Shown: positions 27,386-38,127 of the stretch, in pieces
How the letters are laid out: each line of letters opens with the position of its first letter
How positions within the stretch are numbered: position 1 is the first letter of the stretch
Assembly: GCA_965248695.1 (NCBI GenBank)
Contig: CBDFKD010000002.1
Coordinates: 1,376,001-1,440,000 of the forward strand
DNA: 64,000 nucleotides
Source: Acidobacteriota bacterium
GTDB taxonomy: Bacteria > Acidobacteriota > UBA890 > WLXD01
Direction of reading: 5' to 3'
The notes under the pieces: model-generated
What the model saw: the letters and a program-made list of their open reading frames with translations, nothing else
Told to the model about the DNA's origin: nothing
The model's database searches: none
Program-made: the position numbers and the translations under genes

Positions 27386-28186
27386 ATGCGGCTGCTACTC
27401 ACCGGCGCCATGGCGCTCCTGCTCGCATCACCGGCGAACGCCCAGCTGGCACCGCCAAATGTAGCGGGGGTGAGCTTCGGGCACGTGCACCTGAACGTCG
27501 CCGACATGGAATTCCACCAGCGGCTATGGGTCGAGCACTTCGACGGTGAGGTGGTTCAGAAGGGGCCCCTCACGACGGTCAAGGTCCCCGGCATGCTCAT
27601 CGTGCTTACCGATCGCGCTCCGACCGGTGACTCGGAGGGCAGCGTGATGGACCACTTCGGATTCAAGGTGCGCAATATCGCCGAAGTGCTGGCCGCGTGG
27701 CGCGCCGCCGGCTTGGAGGTCGAATCGGAGTTCAAAGGGGCGGAGGGATTCGACAACGCGTACCTGATCGCGCCGGACGGGATCAGGGTCGAGGTGCAGG
27801 AGGACACCACGCTGCCCGTGAAGGCGACCGCGTACCACGTCCACTTCTTCACCGACGCGCACATCGAGCTGATGGACTGGTATATCGACATGTTCTCGGC
27901 GGCTCAGCGAGCGCGCGGTACCCACCCGACTACCGCGGACGTTCCCGGGATCAACCTCAGCTTTGCCGAGTCCCGGTCCGATCGGGTACCGAGTCAGGGG
28001 CGTGCGATCGATCACATCGGCTTCGAGGTAGTGAACCTCGAAGCCTTCTGCAATGTGCTCGCGGAGCGTGGTGTCGAGTTCCAGGTACCGTACCGGTACA
28101 TCGACAGCATCGAGCTCGCGATCGCTTTCTTCGTCGATCCGTCGGGCGTGCGCGTCGAGCTCACCGAAGGCCTGAGCAACTACTAG
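27386..28186 (+). CDS. Exported VOC/glyoxalase family protein
   Basis: GHVHLNV, DHFGFKV, DHIGFEV, DPSGVRVELTE; signal peptide. Confidence 0.85.
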   Translation: MRLLLTGAMALLLASPANAQLAPPNVAGVSFGHVHLNVADMEFHQRLWVEHFDGEVVQKGPLTTVKVPGMLIVLTDRAPTGDSEGSVMDHFGFKVRNIAEVLAAWRAAGLEVESEFKGAEGFDNAYLIAPDGIRVEVQEDTTLPVKATAYHVHFFTDAHIELMDWYIDMFSAAQRARGTHPTTADVPGINLSFAESRSDRVPSQGRAIDHIGFEVVNLEAFCNVLAERGVEFQVPYRYIDSIELAIAFFVDPSGVRVELTEGLSNY

Positions 28187-28254
28187 TGGCTTGTAGCAGC
28201 TGATCGTTGCCTATCGCAGGTGGGAATACAGGCCACTAGGCCAAGGAGGATCGG

Positions 28255-29469
28255 ATGGTGAATGCCACCAGCCTCATGCTGGCGACGGTCCTGACGCTGG
28301 CCGGGTGCGCGCCGCCCGCTACGGAGCAGCCATCAGCGGCCGGACCGGTTCGGTTCCAGGCGCACGACATCGGCGACATCCGTAACGGATACGCCGTCGA
28401 CATTGCCGACTTCAACAACGACGGCCGGCTCGACGTCATGGCCAACTCCACGAGCGAGCCGGAGCTCGCCTGGCACGAGAACCCGGGCTGGGAGCGCCAT
28501 GTGATCGTCGCCGACATGCCGGCGATCGTGAACAAAGCAATCGCCGACCTCGACGGCGACGGCATCCCCGAGGTGGCGTTCCAGAGCGCCTTCGCGATGC
28601 AGGCCGCCAACAGCGAGGGCATCAACTGGATCGCACGGTCGCAGGGGGATGGGAGCGGCGAATGGAGCGCCGAGCCAATCGACCGCTTCGCGACATCGCA
28701 CCACGTTACCTGGGCCGATCTCGACGGCGACGGCGTATTGGAGCTCGTGAACGCGCCGCTCATCGGCCCGGGAAGCCTGGCGCCGACCTACGATCAGGAT
28801 AGCGCCTCGATCTTCTGGTACGGCCAGAACAGCTGGGCGCGCGGCACCATCGCCGACGCAGACGTTCCAGGCGTCATCCACCGCGTACGCACGGTCCGCT
28901 GGGATATCGGCAACCGCGACCAGATCCTCGTCGCGAGCTTCGGAGGGGTCTGGCTGTACCGTGCGGCCAGCACTGGCGAAGCGATGACTTTCGAGCGCGA
29001 GATCATCTCGAACGGGCATGTCGAGGCCGCCCCCAGGCTCGGCGCCAGCGACGTCGGCACGGGAATGAGCAACGGCCGGCGGGTGGTGGCATCGGTCGAG
29101 CCCTGGCATGGAAACGAGGTCGTCGTCTACACCGAGTCCGACGGCGAATGGCAGCGACGCGTGATCTTCGAGGCGATCTCGAGAGGACACGAGATCGCCG
29201 TTCTCGACCTCAACGGTGACGGCCGGGTCGACATCGTCGCCAACGACGACCCGCGAGATACCGCGGACAACCCGAGCGCCACGCCCGGGGTGCACGTGTT
29301 CTTCTCGCCCGACGATCCGGCGACGGGCGAGTGGGCATACTCGAGAATCGAGCGCGAGGCGGGGATGAACGGTTGCGTCGGCGGCGACATCAACGCGGAT
29401 GGCCGCCCCGACCTCGTCTGCACCGGCAGCGGCGGCAAGATCCGTTGGTACGAGAACCTGGGGAGCTGA
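28255..29469 (+). CDS. FG-GAP/VCBS repeat lipoprotein (aldos-2-ulose dehydratase-like propeller)
   Basis: Lipobox LAGC; repeated DxxxDG motifs; VEPWHGNEV. Confidence 0.8.
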   Translation: MVNATSLMLATVLTLAGCAPPATEQPSAAGPVRFQAHDIGDIRNGYAVDIADFNNDGRLDVMANSTSEPELAWHENPGWERHVIVADMPAIVNKAIADLDGDGIPEVAFQSAFAMQAANSEGINWIARSQGDGSGEWSAEPIDRFATSHHVTWADLDGDGVLELVNAPLIGPGSLAPTYDQDSASIFWYGQNSWARGTIADADVPGVIHRVRTVRWDIGNRDQILVASFGGVWLYRAASTGEAMTFEREIISNGHVEAAPRLGASDVGTGMSNGRRVVASVEPWHGNEVVVYTESDGEWQRRVIFEAISRGHEIAVLDLNGDGRVDIVANDDPRDTADNPSATPGVHVFFSPDDPATGEWAYSRIEREAGMNGCVGGDINADGRPDLVCTGSGGKIRWYENLGS

Positions 29470-29544
29470 AGGAGGGATCCTGACACGGCCGGCGAGCGCC
29501 CGGCCGCGACGCGACCGCGTTCCCGGCAACCCTGGAAACGACCC

Positions 29545-31683
29545 TTACCTTTGCACCGGCTCGTTGACGCCGAAAACGCCCCTGTCGAGGAGACCCGTGG
29601 CTGGATCAAGGCCCGACGCGGCGTTTGCCTCCTCGACCTCTTCCTCATCTTCGGTCGCCTCGGGGACCATCGGCACGCCGCCATCGCACTCCTCCGTTGC
29701 GGCGGCCATTCCAACGGCATCAGTAAAGGCGCATACGTAACGCCGCAGCCGGTCCAACTGCAGACGCGGCTCGCCGATGCCGTGACCCTGGCGCGGATAC
29801 GACACGTAGGTGACGTCCTTACCGAGATCGCGAAGCGCCTGGTAGAACTCCACCGCCTGCTCCGGAGGAACGCGCGCGTCGTTGGCACCGTGCATGATCA
29901 GGATCTTGGCAGTGACGTTCTTCACGTGGCGAATGGGCGAGTGACGGCGGTAGGCGTCCTCGTCGTCCCACGGCGTGCCGAAGAACCATCCCATGTACCC
30001 CGGGATGTCGGTGGTGCTGTACATCGAGTACAGGTTGGTCAGGCCGGCGCCCGGTGAGATGAGCTTGAAGCGATCGGTCTGGGTCGACATCCAGAAGGTC
30101 ATGTAGCCGCCGTAGCTCCACCCGTAGGCGACCATGCGGTCGGGGTCGGCCCAGCCGCGCGCGATGAGGTCATCGACCCCGGTCATGATGTCGTCGTAGT
30201 CGCGGATACCCCAGTTGTCGCGGTTGGCGTTGAGGAACTCCTGGCCGTAGTTGGAGCTGCCACGGAAGTTGGGCTGAAATACCAGAAAGCCGTTGGCGGC
30301 GAGCATCTGGTTGGTGGAGTTGAACGACGTCGTCACGGCGCCGCTGGGGCCCCCGTGCGGATGCGCGATCAGCGGGTACTTCGTACCCTCCTGGAACCCT
30401 ACCGGGAGGTGCACGACGCCTTCGATCTCTTGGCCGTCCGAGTTCGACCAGGTGATCGGCCGAACCTCTGAGAGGGCGAACGAGTCGGCAAGCCAGGCAT
30501 TGTGCGTCGTCAACCGGGTCGCCTGCGACAGGTCGCTTGCGGGCGCTGTGTAGAGCTCCGATGGATGCATCGGATTGGCGTGTACCCACACCCAGCGACC
30601 GCCATCGGGCGACAGCTGGAACTGGAAGTTTGCCCCCGGCGGGGAAGCGTGCCGCAGAACCTCGTCTGTGGCCACCTGAACCGAGTACAGGCCCACGTTC
30701 GTACGGTCACCCGTGGCCCAGTAGATGTCGGCACCATTGGGCGCCCAGATCGGCGCCCCGGCGTTGAGGTCGAAGTCCTCGAGCAGGATCTCGGGCTCGC
30801 CGCTGCCGTCGGCCGGCAGCAGATACAACTTGCTGTACCAGACCGTCGTGCCCGTATGCGTGTTGGCCGTGAACGCGATCGTAGTGCCGTCGGGCGACCA
30901 GCGTGGCGAGCTGTCAGGACCCGGATTCTCGAACAACACCCTGGACTCGCCGGCGGCCACGTCGACGACGCGGATGTCGCTGTTCCAGCTGTCGTTCACC
31001 TTGGTGGTAGGCCGCGTGACGAATGCGATACGGCTCGAGTCCGGTGACCAGCGCGGGTCGGAGACGGTGAGATCGCCTTCACTCAGGCGAGTCGACTCGC
31101 CTGTTTCCAAGTCGTGCACCCAGAGATGGCTGAAGCGGAAGTCCGCATCCACGACGATGGCGTCATCGTGCTGCTTGGCGCGCCGCTTCTGCTCGGCGGT
31201 CTCCGGGTCGCGGGCCACGAACCAGAGCTTGGTGCCGTCCGGTGATAGCCCGTAACTGCTGACTCCCTCCTCGGACTCGGTGACCTGCCACGCCTCACCG
31301 CCGTCGGTGAACATCGCCCATACCTGGTTGCTGTCGTCGGCGTCACGCCGGAAGGCGAACTTGTCGCCCGACGGGAACCACTGTGGCGAGCTGGCCGAGC
31401 TTTCGCCGCGGGTGAGCTGCCGCACTGCGCTGCCATCGAGCCGTACGCGGTACAGATGCGTGCTACGGGTGAGATCCTCGTCGTCCATGTCGCGGGCGGC
31501 AACCGTGTAGAGCACCCACTCGCCGTCCGGTGAGATGCGCGGGCTGCCGACGTTGTGGAGCCTCAAGGTATCTTCAGCAGCCAATCGGTCGGCCTCGCCG
31601 TCCTGCGCGGCGCCCGGTGCAGGGCTGACGATCAGGCCAAGGACGAGGCCAAGGGCAAGCAGCGTGAGTGGGCGGCGGAACAT
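29545..31683 (-). CDS. S9 family peptidase (dipeptidyl/acylaminoacyl peptidase)
   Basis: PD40 propeller repeats, HGGP, GWSYGG, HGANDARV, GHG. Confidence 0.93.
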   Translation of the reverse strand: MFRRPLTLLALGLVLGLIVSPAPGAAQDGEADRLAAEDTLRLHNVGSPRISPDGEWVLYTVAARDMDDEDLTRSTHLYRVRLDGSAVRQLTRGESSASSPQWFPSGDKFAFRRDADDSNQVWAMFTDGGEAWQVTESEEGVSSYGLSPDGTKLWFVARDPETAEQKRRAKQHDDAIVVDADFRFSHLWVHDLETGESTRLSEGDLTVSDPRWSPDSSRIAFVTRPTTKVNDSWNSDIRVVDVAAGESRVLFENPGPDSSPRWSPDGTTIAFTANTHTGTTVWYSKLYLLPADGSGEPEILLEDFDLNAGAPIWAPNGADIYWATGDRTNVGLYSVQVATDEVLRHASPPGANFQFQLSPDGGRWVWVHANPMHPSELYTAPASDLSQATRLTTHNAWLADSFALSEVRPITWSNSDGQEIEGVVHLPVGFQEGTKYPLIAHPHGGPSGAVTTSFNSTNQMLAANGFLVFQPNFRGSSNYGQEFLNANRDNWGIRDYDDIMTGVDDLIARGWADPDRMVAYGWSYGGYMTFWMSTQTDRFKLISPGAGLTNLYSMYSTTDIPGYMGWFFGTPWDDEDAYRRHSPIRHVKNVTAKILIMHGANDARVPPEQAVEFYQALRDLGKDVTYVSYPRQGHGIGEPRLQLDRLRRYVCAFTDAVGMAAATEECDGGVPMVPEATEDEEEVEEANAASGLDPATGLLDRGVFGVNEPVQR

Positions 31684-31835
31684 GGGACCCTCCGGGCACG
31701 ATCGATTGGACTCGAGGACGGACTGGCTCGAACCTTATCCGAGCCGTTGGGCCGGTTGTAGGGCGGCGGACGTATGGCTAGGAACCGTCTTGCTGGTCGG
31801 AGAGTCGACCACGAGCCGCAGTGCCCGGACGCGTG

Positions 31836-33335
31836 CTAGAGGTCGTAGAGGCCGCCGAACTTGCCACGTACGTACGCCAGCCAGGCACCGGCGTGCAGGT
31901 CCGAGCCGGCAACGCGCCACAGCAGCTCGCTGGCGGTGAACTTCCGGCCCGGCCGATGGATGCGCTCACGTAGCCAGCCCAGTAGCTCGCTGAACCTGCC
32001 GGCGCCGATCTGATCATCGAGGTCGGTGATCTCGAGGCTGGCGCGCTCGTAGAGTTGAGCGGAGATCAGGTTGCCGATGGCGTACGTCGGAAAGTAGCCG
32101 ATAAGCCCGGCCGACCAGTGGATGTCCTGTAGCACTCCGCTGGCGTCGTCAGGTGGGGTCAGCCCGAGATACTCGCGGCATTTCTCGTTCCAGGCTTCCG
32201 GCAGATCAGATACCGCCAGGTCGCCGCTCATCAAGGCCGTCTCGAGGTCGAAGCGCAGCATGACGTGGAGGCTGTAGGTCACCTCGTCGGCTTCCACCCG
32301 GATGAGCGACGGTTCCACCTTGTTGATGGCTCGATAGAACGGGTCCAGCGGGATGACGCCGAGCTGGGCCGGGAACGCGCTCTGAAGCCGTCGATAGTAG
32401 TGCGACCAGAACGGTCGCGACCGGCCGACCAGGTTCTCCCACAGACGCGACTGCGACTCATGCACCCCGAGCGACGTGCCACTGGCCAGCAGCGTGCGCT
32501 CCAGCGACGCGTCGACGCCCTGCTCGTACATGGCGTGGCCGGCCTCGTGCAGGGTTCCGAACAGGCACGGCGACAGGAAGTCTGATTGCACCCGCGTCGT
32601 GATGCGCACGTCGTTGATCGAGAAGCTGGTGGAGAACGGGTGCGCCGACCGGTCTTGCCGCCCGCGCTCGAGGTCGAAGCCGAAATCACGCGCCACGCCC
32701 AGACCGAAGTCCCACTGCAACTGCTCGTCAAAGTGCTGGTGTAGACAGCTATCGTCCGGAACGGGATTCTCGGCGATGGCCTGAACGATCGGCACGAGCT
32801 CTTCGCGGAGCTCCGAGAAGACCGCCCTTACCTGCGACGTGCGCATCTCGGGCTCGTACTCGTCGAGCAGCGCATCGTAGGGCGTCTCTTCATAGCCCAG
32901 CGCCTCGGCCTTGCGTCGTAGCAAATCAACGAGGCGTTCCAGGTGCGGCCGGAAACGGGCAAAATCCGATTCTTCCCGCGCCCCTTTCCACGCCTGCTGG
33001 GACACCGCCGTGCTCCGCGCCAGCTCCGCCACCAGCGACGCCGGCAGCCGCGTGGCCTTGTCGTAGTCGCGCCGTACGACACGGATCATCCGAGCCTGAT
33101 CGGAGTCAGGCTCGAGCGCGCCGGCAGTCTGTTCGAGCTCTTGAAGCAGCTGGCCGACCTCGTCGGACGTGAAGCGCTCATGCGCCAGCTGCCCGAGCGT
33201 CGCCAGCTGCTGCGCCCGCGCGTTGACGCCGCCGTTCGGCATGTACGTCTCCTGGTCCCAGGAGAGCACCGCCTGCGCGGCGTTGAGGTCGACGACTTGG
33301 CCGAGTAGATCGCGCAGCCGGTCGATCGCCGTCAT
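31836..33335 (-). CDS. Carboxypeptidase M32 (Taq)
   Basis: HPF, HEAGH, HESQS, IRVEADE, QDIHW, GYFPTY. Confidence 0.95.
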   Translation of the reverse strand: MTAIDRLRDLLGQVVDLNAAQAVLSWDQETYMPNGGVNARAQQLATLGQLAHERFTSDEVGQLLQELEQTAGALEPDSDQARMIRVVRRDYDKATRLPASLVAELARSTAVSQQAWKGAREESDFARFRPHLERLVDLLRRKAEALGYEETPYDALLDEYEPEMRTSQVRAVFSELREELVPIVQAIAENPVPDDSCLHQHFDEQLQWDFGLGVARDFGFDLERGRQDRSAHPFSTSFSINDVRITTRVQSDFLSPCLFGTLHEAGHAMYEQGVDASLERTLLASGTSLGVHESQSRLWENLVGRSRPFWSHYYRRLQSAFPAQLGVIPLDPFYRAINKVEPSLIRVEADEVTYSLHVMLRFDLETALMSGDLAVSDLPEAWNEKCREYLGLTPPDDASGVLQDIHWSAGLIGYFPTYAIGNLISAQLYERASLEITDLDDQIGAGRFSELLGWLRERIHRPGRKFTASELLWRVAGSDLHAGAWLAYVRGKFGGLYDL

Positions 33336-33730
33336 CAGGAGCCGAAGATCGGCCGTCCAATCGCCATGATGCCCAGAACGATCAGGCCGGCGGATACGAC
33401 AACACCCAGCAACGGGCCGACATTGCTCTGCTCGGCTTCCGGCTTGCGCTTGTTGGTCATCACGAAGCCGTGCGCCGCGAACACCGCCGCAAACATCACG
33501 AAGATGTGGCCCAGCAGCTGCGGATAGAAGGGCACCAGCATCATGTTGATCAGCCCTAGCAGAGTCTGGAGGTCCAAGAAGCCGGTGTACATCGCGCTGA
33601 GCATGCGTGACATCTTGCCGAACGGCCGACGCTGCATCACGGCTACCAGCAGATAGGCAACGGCGATGATCGCCGCCAGCAGCACCAAGTAACGAAGGCC
33701 AGAGTGAGCCATGAAGATAAAGCCACGCAT
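33335..33730 (-). CDS. Small four-TM membrane protein
   Basis: HSGLRYLVL..., four hydrophobic segments; translationally coupled to the M32 gene. Confidence 0.7.
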   Translation of the reverse strand: MRGFIFMAHSGLRYLVLLAAIIAVAYLLVAVMQRRPFGKMSRMLSAMYTGFLDLQTLLGLINMMLVPFYPQLLGHIFVMFAAVFAAHGFVMTNKRKPEAEQSNVGPLLGVVVSAGLIVLGIMAIGRPIFGS

Positions 33731-33763
33731 GTCTTGTCCTCGATTAGCGGAGACGCGGGGCCG

Positions 33764-35443
33764 CTAGGCTACCTGCGACTCGATCTGTTCCGGAAGGTGC
33801 AGCCGCCACCACTCGACGGCGTGACGCTGAGTCCATCGCGCCCCAGTGTCCGCTTCGGCCAGCAACTGCGCAAACTCCGCCATGCTCTGTGGGCGATCCT
33901 CGGGTGCTTTGTGGAGGCCGGCGAGGATCGCCTGATCGAGTGATGGCGAGATCTCCACCTCGCTCCGCTTCGACGGCGGTACCGGCTCTTCCTGGACGTG
34001 CTTAAGCACCATTTCCATCGCCGTCACACCCTCGAAGACCAGCGCGCCTGTGAGCAGCCAGTAGCCCACGGCCGCCAGTGCGTAGACGTCGGTGCGCTCA
34101 TCCGCAGCGCTGGCCCCGCGAGCCATTTCCGGCGGAAAGTACGCTGGGGTACCGGTAGCCACACCCTCCACCGTGAGGCTCGTGGCGGCGCCTTCCGAGT
34201 TGTCGAACGACTTCACCAGACCGAAGTCGAGCACTTTCAGCCAGTCGTATTCGTCGGCCAGCGCTCCGACATGCAGATTGGCGGGCTTGATGTCGCGGTG
34301 AACGAGCCCGCGGGCGTGCGCCTCCCCCAGTGACCGTGCCGCCTGGGCCAGCAGGTGTGCCGCCCGTGCCGGCGGCAGCGGGCCGAATCGCTCGACGAGC
34401 TGCTCGAGATCGAGGCCGCTCAGGAACTCCATCACGTAGAAGAACGTGCCGCCCTCGGTGACTCCGAAGTCGTACAGCTGCACCGTATTCGGCGAGCGCA
34501 GCGTTGCCGTGGCGCGCGCCTCGCGCGTGAACCGCGCCGTCACCATGCCGGGATCCACCTTGCCGCCCAGCATCTCGGGCCGAATGATCTTGATCGCCGC
34601 GGGTCGAGCCAACATCCGATGCTCGGCGCGCCAAACCTCGCCCATGCCGCCCTCGCCGAGCTTGCCCAGCAACCGGTACATACCGGCGTCACCGGCCTCT
34701 GCGGCGGCCTTGCGGTAGCCACTGATCACCCAGGTTCCGAAGACTGCCAGAAAGCCGCCGAGAACCATCATGAACAGGACGAAGCTTGCCTGCTCTGCCA
34801 TGTTGATTTCTGCAAACTGCCGCAGCTGCGGGTAGACGTAGAAGGGCGCTAGCTGGGCGGCAACGCCCACGCCGCTCACCGCGAGGACGTAGCCCAACGT
34901 CTGTGTCCACCGTGCCGGGATCAGGATGGCGTACAGCGCCATGAACAGCACGTAGATCCCGGGCATTCGATTCGCCTGCAAGGTGTAGTTGAGCAGGTTG
35001 CCGCCGCGGATATCGACACCCAGTAGCATCACCTGGTTGAGCGCCGTGGAAAGCACCATCGCACCCAGCAAGAAGGCTTCGAGGATGCGGAGACCGCCCT
35101 CCTGTAAACGCCAGCGACGCAATGAGAGCAACACTGAGACCGCCAGGACGACGTTGAACAGCGTCACCGGCACCCCGTTCGGGTCGTAGACCGCGAACCG
35201 CGCCGCGGCCAGCGCGGAGCCCACCAACACGATGATGGCTACGGCCACCAGCCTGGATTGCAGCAGCGATGCGGTCTGTGACTCCAGACGCTGCGTCGCA
35301 CCGGCGTTCAGACCACGCCGGGGGCAGAAAAGCAGGCCCTCTCGTGGCCCCGCAGCTACGCTCGCCCAATCCGGCGCGTTGTCCGAGCCAGATGCGCCGG
35401 GCTCCAGCACGGTTTCAACGCTATCAGGGGCGGCGCGACTCAT
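33764..35443 (-). CDS. Membrane-anchored Hanks-type Ser/Thr protein kinase
   Basis: Multi-TM N-terminus, GEGGMGEV, AAIK, HRDIKPAN, DFGL, GTPAY; ATG overlaps the upstream TGA. Confidence 0.93.
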   Translation of the reverse strand: MSRAAPDSVETVLEPGASGSDNAPDWASVAAGPREGLLFCPRRGLNAGATQRLESQTASLLQSRLVAVAIIVLVGSALAAARFAVYDPNGVPVTLFNVVLAVSVLLSLRRWRLQEGGLRILEAFLLGAMVLSTALNQVMLLGVDIRGGNLLNYTLQANRMPGIYVLFMALYAILIPARWTQTLGYVLAVSGVGVAAQLAPFYVYPQLRQFAEINMAEQASFVLFMMVLGGFLAVFGTWVISGYRKAAAEAGDAGMYRLLGKLGEGGMGEVWRAEHRMLARPAAIKIIRPEMLGGKVDPGMVTARFTREARATATLRSPNTVQLYDFGVTEGGTFFYVMEFLSGLDLEQLVERFGPLPPARAAHLLAQAARSLGEAHARGLVHRDIKPANLHVGALADEYDWLKVLDFGLVKSFDNSEGAATSLTVEGVATGTPAYFPPEMARGASAADERTDVYALAAVGYWLLTGALVFEGVTAMEMVLKHVQEEPVPPSKRSEVEISPSLDQAILAGLHKAPEDRPQSMAEFAQLLAEADTGARWTQRHAVEWWRLHLPEQIESQVA

Positions 35444-36576
35444 TCTCCGGTTTGCAGACCCTGCGCCACGGCTTCGACCTCGCGCCACACACGCAGCAGA
35501 TTGCCGCCCCAGAGCGCCGCGATGTCCTCCTCGCTGTAGCCCCGGTGGACGAGCTCGAGCGTCACGTTGAACGTCTCGCTGGCATCGTTCCAGCCCACCA
35601 CTCCGCCGCCGCCGTCGAAATCGGAGCTGATGCCGACGTGCTCGAGACCGATCAGGTTGACGGCGTGATCGATGTGGTCGACGAAGTCGGCCACAGTGGC
35701 GGGCGCATCGCCCTCCGCGGTGGTCTTCACGAAGTCTCCGAGCGCCACCATCTGGATTACGCCGCCGTTGTCTCGTAGCGCCAACAGCTGCTCGTCATCC
35801 ATGTTGCGTGATACATCACACAGCGCGCTGCAGGCCGAGTGCGAGCCGATCACAGGAGCCTGCGACAGCTCCGCCGCTTCGAGCATTGCCGCTTTGGAGG
35901 CATGCGAAACGTCGATCATCATGCCGACGCGATTGACCTCGGCGATCACCTCGGCACCGTAGTCGCTGACGCCGCCATACAGCTCGGCCGGCTCGCCATC
36001 GCGGGGATTGGTGGAGTCGGCGATCTGATTGTGGCCGTCGTGCACCAGCCCGAAGTAGCCACCCCCGAGCTCCTTGAAGCGGGCGAGGTTCGCAAGATCC
36101 TCACCCACGGGGTAGCCGTTCTCGATGCCAATCGCCGCGGCCAGCTTGCCGGCACCAACGATGCGCTCGACGTCGTCGGGGCTGGCCGCGAGCTCGATGG
36201 TGTCCGGATGCATCTCCTCGGTCATTCGGCGGATCGCGGCGAACTTGCTCATTGCCTGCTCGTAGGCACCGGCGAACCCCTCGTTGTCGTTCTCCCCTTG
36301 TCCGACGAAGACGACGAAGAACGCCACGTCGAGGCCACCCTCGCGCATCTTCGGTAGGTCGACCTGGCGGTCGCCGCGAACGCCCGGATCCACCTCGGAG
36401 GTGGCGAAGTTCGCGGGTATGTCGTCGTGCGTGTCGATCGTGATGGCACGCTCGTGAATGCCTCGCGCGACGGCATCGAGATCGGCTTCGGTAACTTCCA
36501 CCGGCTCCGGGGTGGCGCACCCCACCGCGATCAAACAGAGCGCCCCGACAGGCACGCACCAGTGTTTCTTCAGCAT
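35440..36576 (-). CDS. Membrane dipeptidase (M19), lipoprotein
   Basis: DTHDD, GIENG, IDVSH, SHS, GISSDFDG; lipobox AVGC. Confidence 0.92.
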   Translation of the reverse strand: MLKKHWCVPVGALCLIAVGCATPEPVEVTEADLDAVARGIHERAITIDTHDDIPANFATSEVDPGVRGDRQVDLPKMREGGLDVAFFVVFVGQGENDNEGFAGAYEQAMSKFAAIRRMTEEMHPDTIELAASPDDVERIVGAGKLAAAIGIENGYPVGEDLANLARFKELGGGYFGLVHDGHNQIADSTNPRDGEPAELYGGVSDYGAEVIAEVNRVGMMIDVSHASKAAMLEAAELSQAPVIGSHSACSALCDVSRNMDDEQLLALRDNGGVIQMVALGDFVKTTAEGDAPATVADFVDHIDHAVNLIGLEHVGISSDFDGGGGVVGWNDASETFNVTLELVHRGYSEEDIAALWGGNLLRVWREVEAVAQGLQTGE

Positions 36577-36613
36577 CTCCGAATCTCCATTCTCAGCGGC
36601 CCGCAGGCCTTCG

Positions 36614-37558
36614 TCACTCCATGATCGTCAGCGCCGACATCACCTCACGCTGCGACTCGCTCCCGAGCGGTCGATTCACCAGCAGACCGTCCACTACCAG
36701 CGTGGCCGACCCACCGCCATCGAGATTGAGCGCCTCGATACAGCCGACGTCCCGCATGAGCTCGGCCAGCTCGCGCAGGTCCACACCACGGCTCTCACGC
36801 TGGCGACCGTCCACCACCATGACGATGAGCTCCCCATCGGCGGTCACGCCGGCGGCCGAACGGGGATGCTCCTCGTCGCTGGCGGTGCCGAAAAAAACCT
36901 CTTCGTGGCTCGTGACCCGTATCTCGCCGGCGTGGACCAGCACGGGCCCACCGGCGACGGCGTCGCGGACTGGCCACTCGATCAAGGCGTCGACCTGTGG
37001 CTCCGCCGCCGGTGCGTCCGGCGCGTTCTGCGGTGGATCGGCTTGCTCGTAAAGAACTCCCTCGTGCCCGGTTACCCATGCAACATCGGCAGAACCGTCG
37101 AGCATCAGACCGAGCGCCGCCCTGGCGACGTAGTAGCGCCGTTCCTCGTAGATGACCGACGTCAACGGCGGCTGCAGCAAGGCACTATCGACGAGCAATA
37201 GGCCGATATGTTGCGGTGGGTCGGTGTCGGTACGGAAGAACCCCGCATTGACCACCACCCGCGCTGATGTTCTGTCGGCGAACTCAGAAGCCGTCTCGAC
37301 TCCGTCGTCGTCGGCGGACAGCGACACTCCAGCCAGCAGCTCGCCGCCCTCACGCCGAACCCGCACATACCAGGCGCGTAACGGGATGCTGGGGTCGGCG
37401 CCCGAATACACCCGAATCCGGTCCGGGAGCCCGCGGTTGAGCGACTCCACCGGCGCCCAGGCAATGCGCAGTTCGCCAGGGGCCGGCTCACAGGCGCTAA
37501 GCGCGACGCCTGCCGCGCACACAACAACCAGCAGGCACCGCCGGAGGGGCGTCGTCAC
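36614..37558 (-). CDS. Phosphodiester glycosidase (NAGPA) family lipoprotein
   Basis: VNAGFF, GGPVLV, HPRSAAG, VDGRQ, LNLDGGGS; lipobox LSAC. Confidence 0.88.
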   Translation of the reverse strand: MTTPLRRCLLVVVCAAGVALSACEPAPGELRIAWAPVESLNRGLPDRIRVYSGADPSIPLRAWYVRVRREGGELLAGVSLSADDDGVETASEFADRTSARVVVNAGFFRTDTDPPQHIGLLLVDSALLQPPLTSVIYEERRYYVARAALGLMLDGSADVAWVTGHEGVLYEQADPPQNAPDAPAAEPQVDALIEWPVRDAVAGGPVLVHAGEIRVTSHEEVFFGTASDEEHPRSAAGVTADGELIVMVVDGRQRESRGVDLRELAELMRDVGCIEALNLDGGGSATLVVDGLLVNRPLGSESQREVMSALTIME

Positions 37559-38127
37559 TTGGTCCCCTGCAAGCCGAGAAAATGGAACGCAGCGACGACC
37601 AGCGAATGGTGGATCAGGCCGCCGGCGATGAGCTCCGGGATCTGCGCCAGGGGTAGCAAGCGGATGCCGAACTCTTCGTGCAGCTCCGGGGTTGGAGCCT
37701 GGGTGACGCACGCGTCGCGCACCAGCACGGTATGGCAGCGGTTGTTGAAGATCGCCGGATTGGGCGTCACGCTGCCAATCAGGCACGCTTCACTGCCCGC
37801 GTAGCCGGTCTCCTCGACCAGCTCACGCACCCCGGCCGCCAGCGGCGCCTCCCCCGGATCGACCATGCCGCCCGGTATCTCGAGTGTGACCTCCGCGTTG
37901 CCGTGACGGAACTGTTCGATCGCTACCACCTCGCCGGCCATTGTCAAAGCGATCACATTCACCCAGTCGTCGGAATCGATGTAGACGAACTCACCGGGCT
38001 GTTGTGGGCGCGCCGGCGAAGTGCCTCGACGACGACGCAGGGTGAAGATCCTGGTCTCTGCGATCGTCGAGTCATCGTCGTGGCGCCATGCCGGCACCAT
38101 CGTGAGCAGCGGTGGATCAGCCCTCAA
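37555..38127 (-). CDS. NUDIX hydrolase (ADP-ribose pyrophosphatase-like)
   Basis: EIPGGMVDPGEAPLAAGVRELVEETGY Nudix box. Confidence 0.92.
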   Translation of the reverse strand: MRADPPLLTMVPAWRHDDDSTIAETRIFTLRRRRGTSPARPQQPGEFVYIDSDDWVNVIALTMAGEVVAIEQFRHGNAEVTLEIPGGMVDPGEAPLAAGVRELVEETGYAGSEACLIGSVTPNPAIFNNRCHTVLVRDACVTQAPTPELHEEFGIRLLPLAQIPELIAGGLIHHSLVVAAFHFLGLQGTK

